Positions 50,464 to 60,301 of a stretch of 64,000 nucleotides of DNA are shown here, piece by piece. The notes under the pieces are model-generated. The model saw only the letters and a list, made by a program, of their open reading frames with translations, searched no databases and was not told where the DNA came from. Position numbers and translations under genes: made by a program. The DNA is taken from NCBI GenBank assembly GCA_947258515.1, contig CAMYIO010000033.1, forward strand, positions 609 through 64,608, written 5' to 3'. This DNA comes from an uncultured Ectothiorhodospiraceae bacterium (GTDB lineage: Bacteria; Pseudomonadota; Gammaproteobacteria; UBA9214). The stretch's first letter is position 1. Every line of letters begins with the position of its first letter.

Positions 50464-50949
50464 TTACAACCGGGGGGCCATAACCGGGGCTGCCGGGAGC
50501 TGTACAGGCCGCCCTGGACCCTCCGGCAATACAGGATGTTCAGGCTGTATTGGCGGACTGATGACCGGTGGATACAGCGGACGATTCGGATAGCTGTAGC
50601 CGTTTTTATAGTCTGTCACTGGCTGCGCTTCAGTTTCTTTTGCTTGTTGCCGTGACTGCCGTTGCGCATCCTTGCGTTGCTGAGCACGCTCCGCATTCGC
50701 CGCGCCAAGGTCAATGGCCTGTGATTCAATGCGCTTGGCACGCTCGATGCTTTCCTGCTGCCGGGCCTCGGATGGTCCCGGTTGCAGCTGGACTTCCTGT
50801 ACCTCAACCGCGCCGGGCTGTGGTCTGTCAGAGAAAATGACCTCACCCTGTTCATTGACCGATTTGTACAGTGGTTGCGCTACAACGCTTGTGGCATACA
50901 AGGAGACGGCAATACTGCACAATTTGAGCCGGTTACTCATCGATTTCAT
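50464..50949 (-). CDS. DUF4124-domain exported protein
   Basis: Signal peptide, LYKSVNEQGEVIFSDRP, coiled coil, Pro-rich tail. Confidence 0.8.
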   Translation of the reverse strand: MKSMSNRLKLCSIAVSLYATSVVAQPLYKSVNEQGEVIFSDRPQPGAVEVQEVQLQPGPSEARQQESIERAKRIESQAIDLGAANAERAQQRKDAQRQSRQQAKETEAQPVTDYKNGYSYPNRPLYPPVISPPIQPEHPVLPEGPGRPVQLPAAPVMAPRL

Positions 50950-51010
50950 CCTCGCCCTTGCATGATTTAGAACCAGTGTAGAATACTACCTAACTTCTAC
51001 TATCCATTTA

Positions 51011-51955
51011 ATGTCAATGTTTTCGCATTTATACACCTTGAATATGTACACATTCCTCACTTGTATACTCGTCATCATCGCTAGCGGCCCGTCACGGGCT
51101 GACATCTTCACACTGCCACCACCGGATGTTGACGTCATTGGTCAGATGGATAGCGTCACGGCCAGCCGGGATGAAACGCTACTCGATATAGCCCGCCGAT
51201 ATGACCTTGGACAAAATGAAATCCTGCTGGCTAACCCGGCGGTCGATCGCTGGCTACCCGAGGAAAACTCGGTCGTTGTTTTGCCGAATCGTTTCATACT
51301 GCCCAACGTGGAACGTACCGGGCTGGTACTCAACCTGCCTGAAATGAGGCTGTATTACTTCCCGAAACCCGCCCCCGGAGAGACACCCGTCGTTATCACT
51401 CACCCGGTCAGCGTCGGCAGAATGGATTGGGAAACCCCGCTCGGTCAAACAAAAATCGTCACCAAGCAAAAAGATCCGGACTGGCGTCCTCCACAGTCAC
51501 TGAAAGACGAAGCCATTGCCGAGGGTAATGAACCCTTGCCGGATATTGTCAAGGCCGGCCCTGACAATCCGCTGGGCCGCTATGCCATGCGGCTTGGTAT
51601 ACCCGGTTACCTGATTCACAGCACCAATAAACCTTACGGCGTTGGTATGCGCGTTACACACGGCTGTTTGCGCATGTACCCCGAAGACATCGAGCGACTG
51701 TTTGAAGATATCCCGGTCGGCACACCGGTACACCTTGTCAATCAACCCATCAAACTGGGCTGGCTTGCAGGTTCACTGTTCGTGGAACTGCACCCGCCGC
51801 TGGAGGAAGACACGGAAAACTACGCGAACTACATGCAAAGGGTACTCGATGCCATTGCCGAGTTTACCGCCCCGGATGAAATCAGTCTCAGTGGCAGAGT
51901 ACTGTGGCAGGCCATTGAGCACCAGGACGGTATACCGGTTGCGGTGACACGCTAG
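51011..51955 (+). CDS. L,D-transpeptidase (ErfK/YbiS-like)
   Basis: ETLLDIARRY, NLPEMRLYY, GPDNPLG, IHST...VTHGCLRMYP. Confidence 0.92.
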   Translation: MSMFSHLYTLNMYTFLTCILVIIASGPSRADIFTLPPPDVDVIGQMDSVTASRDETLLDIARRYDLGQNEILLANPAVDRWLPEENSVVVLPNRFILPNVERTGLVLNLPEMRLYYFPKPAPGETPVVITHPVSVGRMDWETPLGQTKIVTKQKDPDWRPPQSLKDEAIAEGNEPLPDIVKAGPDNPLGRYAMRLGIPGYLIHSTNKPYGVGMRVTHGCLRMYPEDIERLFEDIPVGTPVHLVNQPIKLGWLAGSLFVELHPPLEEDTENYANYMQRVLDAIAEFTAPDEISLSGRVLWQAIEHQDGIPVAVTR

Positions 51956-51974
51956 CCCGCCTGCTGCCGCATAT

Positions 51975-51996
51975 AAAAAAGCCCCCGAAGGGGCTT
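51975..51996 (-). terminator. Rho-independent terminator of the lipoprotein gene
   Basis: Minus strand AAGCCCC-TTCG-GGGGC followed by TTTTTT. Confidence 0.8.
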
Positions 51997-52021
51997 CGTA
52001 AAACAGGGTTAATACCAGCAA

Positions 52022-52321
52022 CTATTTATACATTGCCTTTTTAAACATGCGGTCAATCTTTGTCTCGGTTTCTTCCGAGGTCGCTTTGGCTTCATTGGCA
52101 GTCTCTGTCGCACTGGCTGCCATCGCCCTGGCTTCTGCAGCCTCGGCACGTGCCGCACTCGCCTCGGCCCTGGCGGCACTGGCATCTGCACTGGCCGCAT
52201 CGACTCTCGCACCCAATGCGTCCATATCACCGGTACTTGCACAAGCCGTCAGACCGAAAACACCCACAATTAATGACACTTTCCCGACTTTTGCCAGGAC
52301 TTTTCCATACTTACCCATCAT
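52022..52321 (-). CDS. Lpp/OprI-family alanine-zipper lipoprotein
   Basis: Lipobox LTAC, Ala-rich heptads, terminal KIDRMFKKAMYK. Confidence 0.88.
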   Translation of the reverse strand: MMGKYGKVLAKVGKVSLIVGVFGLTACASTGDMDALGARVDAASADASAARAEASAARAEAAEARAMAASATETANEAKATSEETETKIDRMFKKAMYK

Positions 52322-52437
52322 TCATTTCTCCTTCACAAACTGAAAATTTAAATCATAGTATGCGGCTAACAGCTGACAGCCGTCCCGCATACATCACCCA
52401 TGCCGCGCATATGCTACCAGCATCCGCGCATGTCTGC

Positions 52438-52998
52438 TTAGCGAATTTCCACCGGGGTACCGACCCGGGCCCATTGCAACAGCTGGTCAATCTGCGCATT
52501 GCTTAAAGCCACGCAGCCATTTGTCCAGTTATATTGTTGATGTACCGCCATATCGCCCTGCCCTAACCCGTGAATCCCGATATAGCCGCCCAGCGGCGTG
52601 TGTTGCGGGGGGATCTTGCCCGCCTCGAGGGCGCGACGAATTTCCTGCCACTGCGCCTCGCTGATGCGCTCATCCACCAGGGCACGATCGGCCGCCGGCC
52701 GGTCCGGGTAGGTCAGCCCCAGGAAAATATAATAGCGGGACTCGCTGTTGATCCAGCCGATCCTGTAGTTTCCCAGCGGGGTTTTATTATCGCCCTGCCG
52801 CTTGAAATAGGTCTTGCCGTAGCGGCCAATAGCAATATCCGGAAATGTCTTGATGACGGTATCGCCGTACATCACCGTGAGCGTTGCGGCCCTGGTATCA
52901 ATGAAAATGCGAGCACTGCCCGCCTGCGCCTGACACACAATCAGGGCCAGCAGGCCATACAGCAACACCTTCCATAATATTTTCCGGATATTTAACAT
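52438..52998 (-). CDS. L,D-transpeptidase (YkuD domain)
   Basis: GDNKTPLG, IGIHG...WTNGCVAL. Confidence 0.88.
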   Translation of the reverse strand: MLNIRKILWKVLLYGLLALIVCQAQAGSARIFIDTRAATLTVMYGDTVIKTFPDIAIGRYGKTYFKRQGDNKTPLGNYRIGWINSESRYYIFLGLTYPDRPAADRALVDERISEAQWQEIRRALEAGKIPPQHTPLGGYIGIHGLGQGDMAVHQQYNWTNGCVALSNAQIDQLLQWARVGTPVEIR

Positions 52999-53086
52999 AC
53001 AATCTGGATCGTCGCCGTTATTATGATCAACCGGTCGCCATCATACCCCTCAACTATTCAGTGATGTAAACCTATGCGCACAGGTC

Positions 53087-54214
53087 TTGCACATGCATGA
53101 GTCCGAATTCCCGCTGGATGACTCGATCATCTACCTGAACCATGCGGCAGTCTCGCCGTGGCCGCAACGTACCGCAAACGCGGTGAAACGCTTCGCCGAC
53201 GAAAATGTCGCGTTTGGCAGTCAGAACTACCCGTCATGGGTTGCCACGGAAAGCATGCTGCGACAGCAGTTACAACAACTGATACATGCGGCATCCAGTG
53301 ACGAAATCGCGTTGTTAAAAAACACCTCTGAAGCACTGTCCGTGGTGGCCTACGGGCTACCCTGGAAACCCGGCGATAATGTGGTTATCACCAGCCAGGA
53401 ATTCCCGTCCAACCGGGTGGTATGGGAATCACTGCAGAAGTATGGTGTGACTACCCGCGCAGCTGATATCACCGCAAACGACTCACCCGAGGCCGCCATT
53501 CTCGACACCCTTGATGACAGCACCCGCCTGCTATCGGTCAGCGCCGTGCAATACGGCAGCGGACTGAGGCTGGACCTCCCCGTTCTCGGTGCAGCCTGCC
53601 GGGAAAGAGACATCCTGTTTTGTGTTGATGCCATACAAAGCCTGGGCGCGGTTCGCCTTGACGTTCAGGCCTGCCAGGCTGATTTCGTCATGGCGGATGC
53701 CCACAAATGGATGCTCGGCCCGGAAGGCATCGCCCTGTTTTATTGTCGCCAGGCCATCATGGAGCGGCTGGACCTGAAGCAATATGGCTGGCACATGCTC
53801 GAGGACCCGCATAACTTTGACAACAAGAACTGGGAAATTGCCGGCAGCGCACGTCGATTTGAATGCGGCAGCCCGAACATGACAGGCATACATGCCCTGC
53901 ACGCCAGCATGACCCTGATTCTGGAAACCGGTATGCAAACCATTGAAGCACAGGTCCTCGAAAATACACATTTCATGATTGATTATTTTTCACAGCAGTC
54001 CGATCGTTATCAGCTCATCACTCCAGGCGCCGAACACCGCCATGCTGGCATCGTCACCTTCCGCCCATTGAACGAGACACCGGAATCGCTCTTCGAGATG
54101 CTCGCAAGGGAGCATGTGTTCTGCGCACTCAGGGGCGGCGGTATTCGTTTCTCGCCGCACTTCTATACGCCGCGCAAGCGGCTGTTCAAGGCCCTGGAAA
54201 TGCTTGATGGCTAG
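53087..54214 (+). CDS. Class V PLP-dependent aminotransferase/lyase
   Basis: YLNHAA, VDAIQSLG, AHKWMLGPEG, IRFSPHFY. Confidence 0.88.
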   Translation: MHMHESEFPLDDSIIYLNHAAVSPWPQRTANAVKRFADENVAFGSQNYPSWVATESMLRQQLQQLIHAASSDEIALLKNTSEALSVVAYGLPWKPGDNVVITSQEFPSNRVVWESLQKYGVTTRAADITANDSPEAAILDTLDDSTRLLSVSAVQYGSGLRLDLPVLGAACRERDILFCVDAIQSLGAVRLDVQACQADFVMADAHKWMLGPEGIALFYCRQAIMERLDLKQYGWHMLEDPHNFDNKNWEIAGSARRFECGSPNMTGIHALHASMTLILETGMQTIEAQVLENTHFMIDYFSQQSDRYQLITPGAEHRHAGIVTFRPLNETPESLFEMLAREHVFCALRGGGIRFSPHFYTPRKRLFKALEMLDG

Positions 54215-54457
54215 GCGCCCGGCAGGTACCCGCCACTTCATTTTCCGCCTGCCTGCGCCGCTAAGCTGTATGGACCTGAGCTGTATAAAGCAATCAGTGG
54301 CTTGAAACAGCCTTGAAACTCGGCGCAAGGATGTATGTCCAATTACCACTGACCTGAAACAATGAGTGAATACGCCTGACAACACGAATACACTGTAACA
54401 ACAGGTCAACTACGATACAGCACTAGTGGCGCCTGATACGCGCCAGGGATAACTGCC

Positions 54458-56932
54458 ATGCACTGGATGATCGAACTGACCGTTATTCTGGCACTGCCGG
54501 GATTCATGATGGCCCGTCAGGCATCACGCTTCATCTGGACAGCGGTGCTGGCCGCCCTGCTCGGTTACTGGACCCTCCGCTACACACCACCCGTCTGGGC
54601 ACTGCTTGTCAGCTGGGGCACGCTTGTCCCGCTTGGCCTGCTGCTGACCGTAACACCGCTGCGACGCGCCCTCATTATCAAACCCCTGCTTGGCTTCTAC
54701 AGAAAGATCATGCCGGGCATGTCCGATACGGAACGTGAGGCACTGCAGGCCGGCACTGTTTGGTGGGAAGCGGACATCTTCAGTGGACGACCGGACTGGC
54801 AACGCATGCTCGGCTTTGCCGCCCCTTCGCTCAGCGTCGAGGAACAGGCCTTTATTGACGGTCCGGTGAATAAACTGTGCGCCATGGTTAATGACTGGGA
54901 AGTCACGGAGGAACTGCGTGACCTGACACCGGCCACCTGGGACTTTCTCAAGAAGCAGGGCTTCTTTGGCATGATCATACCGAAACAATACGGCGGCCTC
55001 GAGTTTTCCGCCAATGCACACTCCTGTATCGTTATGAAGGTCGCCAGCCGCAGCATCTCCGCCGGCGTCACGGTCATGGTGCCCAACTCACTGGGGCCGG
55101 CGAAGTTACTGTTGTCCTATGGTACCGAGGCACAAAAGAACCATTACCTGCCGCGCCTCGCCAGCGGCGAGGAAATCCCCTGCTTCGCCCTGACCGGACC
55201 GGATGCCGGCAGCGACGCCGCGTCCATGCCGGATATCGGCATTGTTTGTCGACAGCCTTTTGACGGCAGGGATGGCGTGCTCGGCATACGCCTGAACTGG
55301 GAAAAACGCTATATCACGCTCGGCCCTGTGGCTACGTTACTGGGACTCGCCTTCCACCTGCACGATCCCGATCAATTGCTGGGTGACAGGGAAGACATTG
55401 GCATCACGCTGGCACTGATCCCCACGACCACGCCGGGGATCGAAATCGGCAGCCGCCATTTTCCCATGAGCCAGTCATTCATGAACGGTCCCAACCGGGG
55501 TACAGACGTGTTCATTCCAATGGACTGGGTGATCGGTGGCCAGGACTATGTTGGCCAGGGCTGGCGCATGTTGATGAACAGTCTGTCCGATGGACGCGCC
55601 ATCTCCCTCCCCGCCCTGAGTACGGCCTCGGGACAACTGGTGAGCCGCAGCGTCGGCGCCTATGCCGCGGTACGGAAACAGTTCAAGGTATCCATCGGTA
55701 AATTCGAGGGCATCAGCGAGGTACTCGCGCGCATCGCGGGTACGACCTATATCCTCAATGCCGCGCGCGGCTTTACCACGGCGGCCTTCGACAGCGGCGA
55801 GGAACCTTCCGTCGCGTCCGCCATAATCAAGTACCATTTTACAGAACGCATGCGGGTAATCGTCAACGATGCCATGGACATTCTTGCCGGTCGCGGCATC
55901 AGCATGGGACCGAACAACTTTCTTGGCCGCGCCTACCAGGCACTGCCAATCGCGATCACCGTGGAAGGTGCGAATATTCTCACCCGCAACCTGATTATCT
56001 TCGGACAGGGTGCGATACGCTGCCATCCCTTCCTGTTCAGGGAGATGGAGGCTGCCGGCCAGTCCGATGTTGCCGGGTTTGACGAAGCCCTGCTCGGCCA
56101 TGGCAGTCATATCATGAGCAACATCAGCCGCAGCCTGTTTCACAGCCTGACCCGCGGACGCTTGCTTGCAACGCCCCGACACGGCGTGAGCGGGCATTAT
56201 TATCGCCAGTTTAGCCGCATGAGCCTTGCCTTCGCGGTAACGGCCGAGATGACCCTGCTGTCACTGGGTGGCGGACTGAAGCGCAAGGAGTCACTGTCCG
56301 GCAGGCTCGGGGACGTGCTCAGCCTTCTCTACCTTGGCAGCGCGCTCCTGAAACACCATGACGACAATGGTTCTCCTGACGATGAACTGCCGTTGCTTGA
56401 GTGGGCCTGCCAGGATCTGCTCTTCAGTATGCAGACACGCTTGCATGAAGTGTTGAACAACCTGCCCAATCGCGTCGTTGCGGGGATCACGCACGCGCTC
56501 ACCTTTCCACTGGGCAAACCCTACCAGCGCCCCTCTGACAGACTTGGACAGCAGGTTGCCAATCTCCTACTTGAACCGGGAGCACTTCGTGACCGCCTGA
56601 CTGAAGCTGTGTATATTCCAGAGAATAAATCGGAAGCGGTCGCTCAACTTGATGATGCGCTTGAGAAGAGCTTCGCGGCAGAACCAGCTATTCGCAAGCT
56701 GCGCAGGGCCATGAAGGCAGGCACCCTGCCCAAGGGCGACCCTGAGGAGCACATTGATGCCGGCGTCAATGCCAGCATCATTGACACAGGAGAAGCAGCC
56801 ATTATCCGTGCTGCCATTGCCGCACGCAAGGTTGTCATACAGGTAGATGAATTTCTCCCTGATTACTTAACCAAGGAGCGCAGAGAATGGGGGAACGACA
56901 ATCCGGGTGGGGTGGCCGGCCAGTCTATGTAG
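54458..56932 (+). CDS. fadE: Acyl-CoA dehydrogenase
   Basis: VMVPNSLGP, CFALTGPDAGSDA, ITVEGANILTR, terminal VIQVDEF. Confidence 0.93.
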   Translation: MHWMIELTVILALPGFMMARQASRFIWTAVLAALLGYWTLRYTPPVWALLVSWGTLVPLGLLLTVTPLRRALIIKPLLGFYRKIMPGMSDTEREALQAGTVWWEADIFSGRPDWQRMLGFAAPSLSVEEQAFIDGPVNKLCAMVNDWEVTEELRDLTPATWDFLKKQGFFGMIIPKQYGGLEFSANAHSCIVMKVASRSISAGVTVMVPNSLGPAKLLLSYGTEAQKNHYLPRLASGEEIPCFALTGPDAGSDAASMPDIGIVCRQPFDGRDGVLGIRLNWEKRYITLGPVATLLGLAFHLHDPDQLLGDREDIGITLALIPTTTPGIEIGSRHFPMSQSFMNGPNRGTDVFIPMDWVIGGQDYVGQGWRMLMNSLSDGRAISLPALSTASGQLVSRSVGAYAAVRKQFKVSIGKFEGISEVLARIAGTTYILNAARGFTTAAFDSGEEPSVASAIIKYHFTERMRVIVNDAMDILAGRGISMGPNNFLGRAYQALPIAITVEGANILTRNLIIFGQGAIRCHPFLFREMEAAGQSDVAGFDEALLGHGSHIMSNISRSLFHSLTRGRLLATPRHGVSGHYYRQFSRMSLAFAVTAEMTLLSLGGGLKRKESLSGRLGDVLSLLYLGSALLKHHDDNGSPDDELPLLEWACQDLLFSMQTRLHEVLNNLPNRVVAGITHALTFPLGKPYQRPSDRLGQQVANLLLEPGALRDRLTEAVYIPENKSEAVAQLDDALEKSFAAEPAIRKLRRAMKAGTLPKGDPEEHIDAGVNASIIDTGEAAIIRAAIAARKVVIQVDEFLPDYLTKERREWGNDNPGGVAGQSM

Positions 56933-58191
56933 TCGACGGCAGCCGCACTCCGTACATCAAGACCCGCGGGAAACCCGGACCGTTTTCAGCTTCCGACCTG
57001 GCCGTTGCGGCCGGGCAACCGCTGCTCGCACGTCAACCCTTCGCGCCCGACGACCTCGATGAGGTCATTCTGGGTTGCGTAATGCCCAGTGAAAACGAGG
57101 CTAACATCGGTCGTGTCGCCGCACTGAGACTCGGCTGCGGTGAGCGGGTGCCTGCCTGGACCGTACAACGCAATTGCGCCTCGGGCATGCAATCCATCGA
57201 CTCGGCGGCACAGAATATCGCCAGCGGGCGGTCCAGCCTGGTACTCGCCGGTGGTGTTGAATCCATGAGTCGCGCACCGATCCTGTATAACGACACCATG
57301 GTGCACTGGTTCGCCGCCATGGCGGCTGCACGCACACTGCCTGAAAAACTCAAAATGCTTGGCCGCCTGCGTCCCGGCCATTTCAAACCGGTGATCGCCC
57401 TGCTCCATGGCCTCACCGATCCTGTCGTTGGACTCTCTATGGGGCAGACGGCAGAAATCCTGGCACACCGTTTTGGCATCAGCCGTGAAATGATGGACAG
57501 CTTTGCGGTACGCAGCCACACACGACTGACGAGCGCGCACGAGAACGGTTATCTCGATGAGATCGAAGCTCTGTATGATACCCGTGGCAATGTTTACGAC
57601 CATGATGACGGGGTTCGCCCGGATTCTTCCATCGAGAAACTGGCGAAGTTGCGCCCGGTATTCGACAAGCCGCTGGGTAACGTCACCGCCGGCAACAGCG
57701 CGCAGATTACCGATGGTGCCGCCTGGGTTATCCTTGCATCGGAGGACAGGGTGTCCCGCCACAACCTGCCGGTACTGGGTCAACTGATTGACAGCCAGTG
57801 GGCCGGCCTGGACCCCGCACAAATGGGACTGGGACCCTGCTATGCCATGGCACCCATCATGCAACGCCACGGACTGGACAGCGCTGATATCGACTTTATA
57901 GAAATCAACGAAGCCTTCGCAGCCCAGGTACGGGCCTGCCTCGCCGCCTGGAAAGACCCGGACTTCTGTCGCGATGAACTGGGCAGGGAGTCAGCCTTTA
58001 CGGCGATCGACGAGGACCGCCTGAATATCGATGGCGGTGCGGTCGCTATCGGTCACCCGGTGGGATCCAGCGGTGCACGCATCGTCTTGCATCTACTAAA
58101 GGTCCTGCAACGTAACAATGCAAAACGCGGCATGGCAAGCATCTGCATTGGCGGCGGCCAGGGTGGCGCTATGTTGATTGAAAGGGCTTGA
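56887..58191 (+). CDS. fadI: 3-ketoacyl-CoA thiolase
   Basis: RNCASG, EINEAFA, GHPVG, CIGGGQG. Confidence 0.85.
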   Translation: MGERQSGWGGRPVYVVDGSRTPYIKTRGKPGPFSASDLAVAAGQPLLARQPFAPDDLDEVILGCVMPSENEANIGRVAALRLGCGERVPAWTVQRNCASGMQSIDSAAQNIASGRSSLVLAGGVESMSRAPILYNDTMVHWFAAMAAARTLPEKLKMLGRLRPGHFKPVIALLHGLTDPVVGLSMGQTAEILAHRFGISREMMDSFAVRSHTRLTSAHENGYLDEIEALYDTRGNVYDHDDGVRPDSSIEKLAKLRPVFDKPLGNVTAGNSAQITDGAAWVILASEDRVSRHNLPVLGQLIDSQWAGLDPAQMGLGPCYAMAPIMQRHGLDSADIDFIEINEAFAAQVRACLAAWKDPDFCRDELGRESAFTAIDEDRLNIDGGAVAIGHPVGSSGARIVLHLLKVLQRNNAKRGMASICIGGGQGGAMLIERA

Positions 58192-58194
58192 AAT

Positions 58195-58338
58195 GAGTCG
58201 TGACCATAATGCAGGAGCAGATCGCGCTTGCGAAGCGCTCCTGCAAACGAGTCATGACCATATTGTAGGAGCGGACCGCGTCCGCGAAATATTCTGGACT
58301 GGAACAAATCGCGCTTGCGAAGCGATTCTGCAAACGAA
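58195..58338. repeat. REP-derived tandem repeat between fadI and fadJ
   Basis: Two copies each of GAGTC[GA]TGACCATA..G[CT]AGGAGC and ATCGCGCTTGCGAAGCG...CTGCAAACGA. Confidence 0.7.
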
Positions 58339-58350
58339 GGGATACCACGA

Positions 58351-60287
58351 ATGACCGAGACTAACGCAACCACACATTTCCATTCAGAAACAGACGACGA
58401 CAATATCGTCTGGCTGCATTTTGACAAGGCGGATGCCGGCACCAATGTGCTTAATGTTGAAGTCCTTGAGCAACTCGATCAGCATCTGCAGCAGATCGCT
58501 GCCCAGGGTCCGCGGGGTCTTGTCATCCTCTCGGACAAGGCAAACGGATTTATCGCCGGGGCCGATATCACGGCCTTTACGCAGCTCAAGACCAGTGACC
58601 AGGCATTGGCTTTCCTGCGCAGCGGGCAGGACGTTTTCAACCGGCTTGAAGCACTGCCCTTCCCCACCGTTGCGTTGATCCACGGCTTTTGCCTGGGCGG
58701 TGGCACCGAACTGTCACTGGCCTGCCGCTATCGCGTCACGCGCGACGATCCGGGAACACGCATGGGCTTGCCGGAAGTGAAACTCGGCATTCATCCCGGC
58801 TGGGGTGGCAGGTTGTCCCCGAACGGCACCTGCGTGCGGCGGCGCGCAAACTGGTACTGGAATCACCGGCACCACATCAACCCGGGTGGCTTGACCGCCT
58901 ATCCAATAATGTTCTCGTCCGCCCGCTGCTTGCACGCGTGTTCGGCCAACAGGTCGCAAAACGAGCGCCCAGAAACCATTACCCGTCACCCTACGCGATG
59001 ATCGATATATGGCGCCAGCACGCCACGGACAAGCAGGGCATGCTCGATGCCGAAGCACAGTCTTTGGCGCAGCTGATTACCGGTGCGACTGCAAAAAACC
59101 TGGTGCGTGTCTTTTTCCTGCAGGAGCAACTCAAGTCGCTTGGCAAGGACAAAAGCTACCAGCCAAAGTATGTGCATGTCATCGGCGCCGGCACCATGGG
59201 TGGTGATATCGCTGCCTGGTGCGCCTTCCGTGGTTTTCATGTCTCCCTGCAGGACCAGACTCCGCAGCGCATTGCCCCGGCGATCAAGCGCGCCCACAGC
59301 CTGTTCAAGCGCAAACTGAAACGGCCTGTCAAGATCACCGAGGCCATGGACCGCCTGATGCCCGACCACAAGGGTATTGGTGTCGAGCGTGCCGATATTA
59401 TAATTGAGGCAATTTTTGAAGATGCGGACGTAAAGCGTTCTTTATACAAGACTATTGAACCCAGAATGAAACCGGATGCCGTGCTTGCGACCAATACCTC
59501 CAGCATCCCGCTGGAAGAACTGTGCACGGCCCTGTCCCGTCCCGAACGACTGGTCGGCCTGCACTTTTTCAACCCGGTCGCGATGATGCAACTGGTGGAA
59601 GTCGTCACAGGTGAGTCCACCTCGGCGGAGGTGGCCGCACACGCCATGACCTTCACCCGGCAGATTGACCGCTTGCCCCTGCCCGTCACCAGTACGCCCG
59701 GCTTCCTCGTTAATCGCATCCTCATGCCCTACCTGATGGAAGCCGTGCTGCTCGAAGCCGAAGGTATCCCTCCGGCCGTTATCGACAAGGCCGCCACGAC
59801 GTTCGGTATGCCCATGGGGCCGGTGCAACTGGCCGACACCGTGGGGCTGGACATCTGCCTGCATGTCGCCGAGATACTTGCCGAACACTTCACTGCTGAA
59901 ATCCCGGACAGCCTCAGGAAACGGGTTGCTGACGGCAACCTTGGACGCAAATCCGGGCGTGGATTTTATAACTACAAGAAGGGTAAACCGGTGAAAACAA
60001 GAACCGGGGCTGGCAACTGGAACATGGAAGAGATCAGCAACCGTCTGATAGACCGCCTGCTGAATGAGTCCGTCAGCTGTTTACGCGAGCACGTGGTGGA
60101 GAATAATGATCTGCTGGATGCCGGCATGATTTTCGGCACCGGCTTTGCACCCTTTCGCGGCGGCCCCATGCAGCACATTGATGCTGTCGGGGCTGAAACC
60201 GTGTACAAACAGTTACAGACTCTGAAGGCATTACGCGGCGAACGTTTTACCCCGGATGATGGTTGGAATATCCTGATGCAATCCTAG
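58351..60287 (+). pseudogene. fadJ: Multifunctional enoyl-CoA hydratase/3-hydroxyacyl-CoA dehydrogenase, split by internal deletion near 58810
   Basis: FIAGADI, CLGGGTE, LPEVKLGIHPGWGG, then a frame change to QVVPERHL...GAGTMGG...ATNTSS...HFFNP; the RLPRLIG...GLVD segment is missing. Confidence 0.85.
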
Positions 60288-60301
60288 GGAGGGAGTACTG
60301 C

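Noticed and set aside
5339-60287. Programmed ribosomal frameshifting in the split genes
   Set aside because: Conserved coding blocks are physically missing or duplicated at the junctions, and no slippery heptamers are seen
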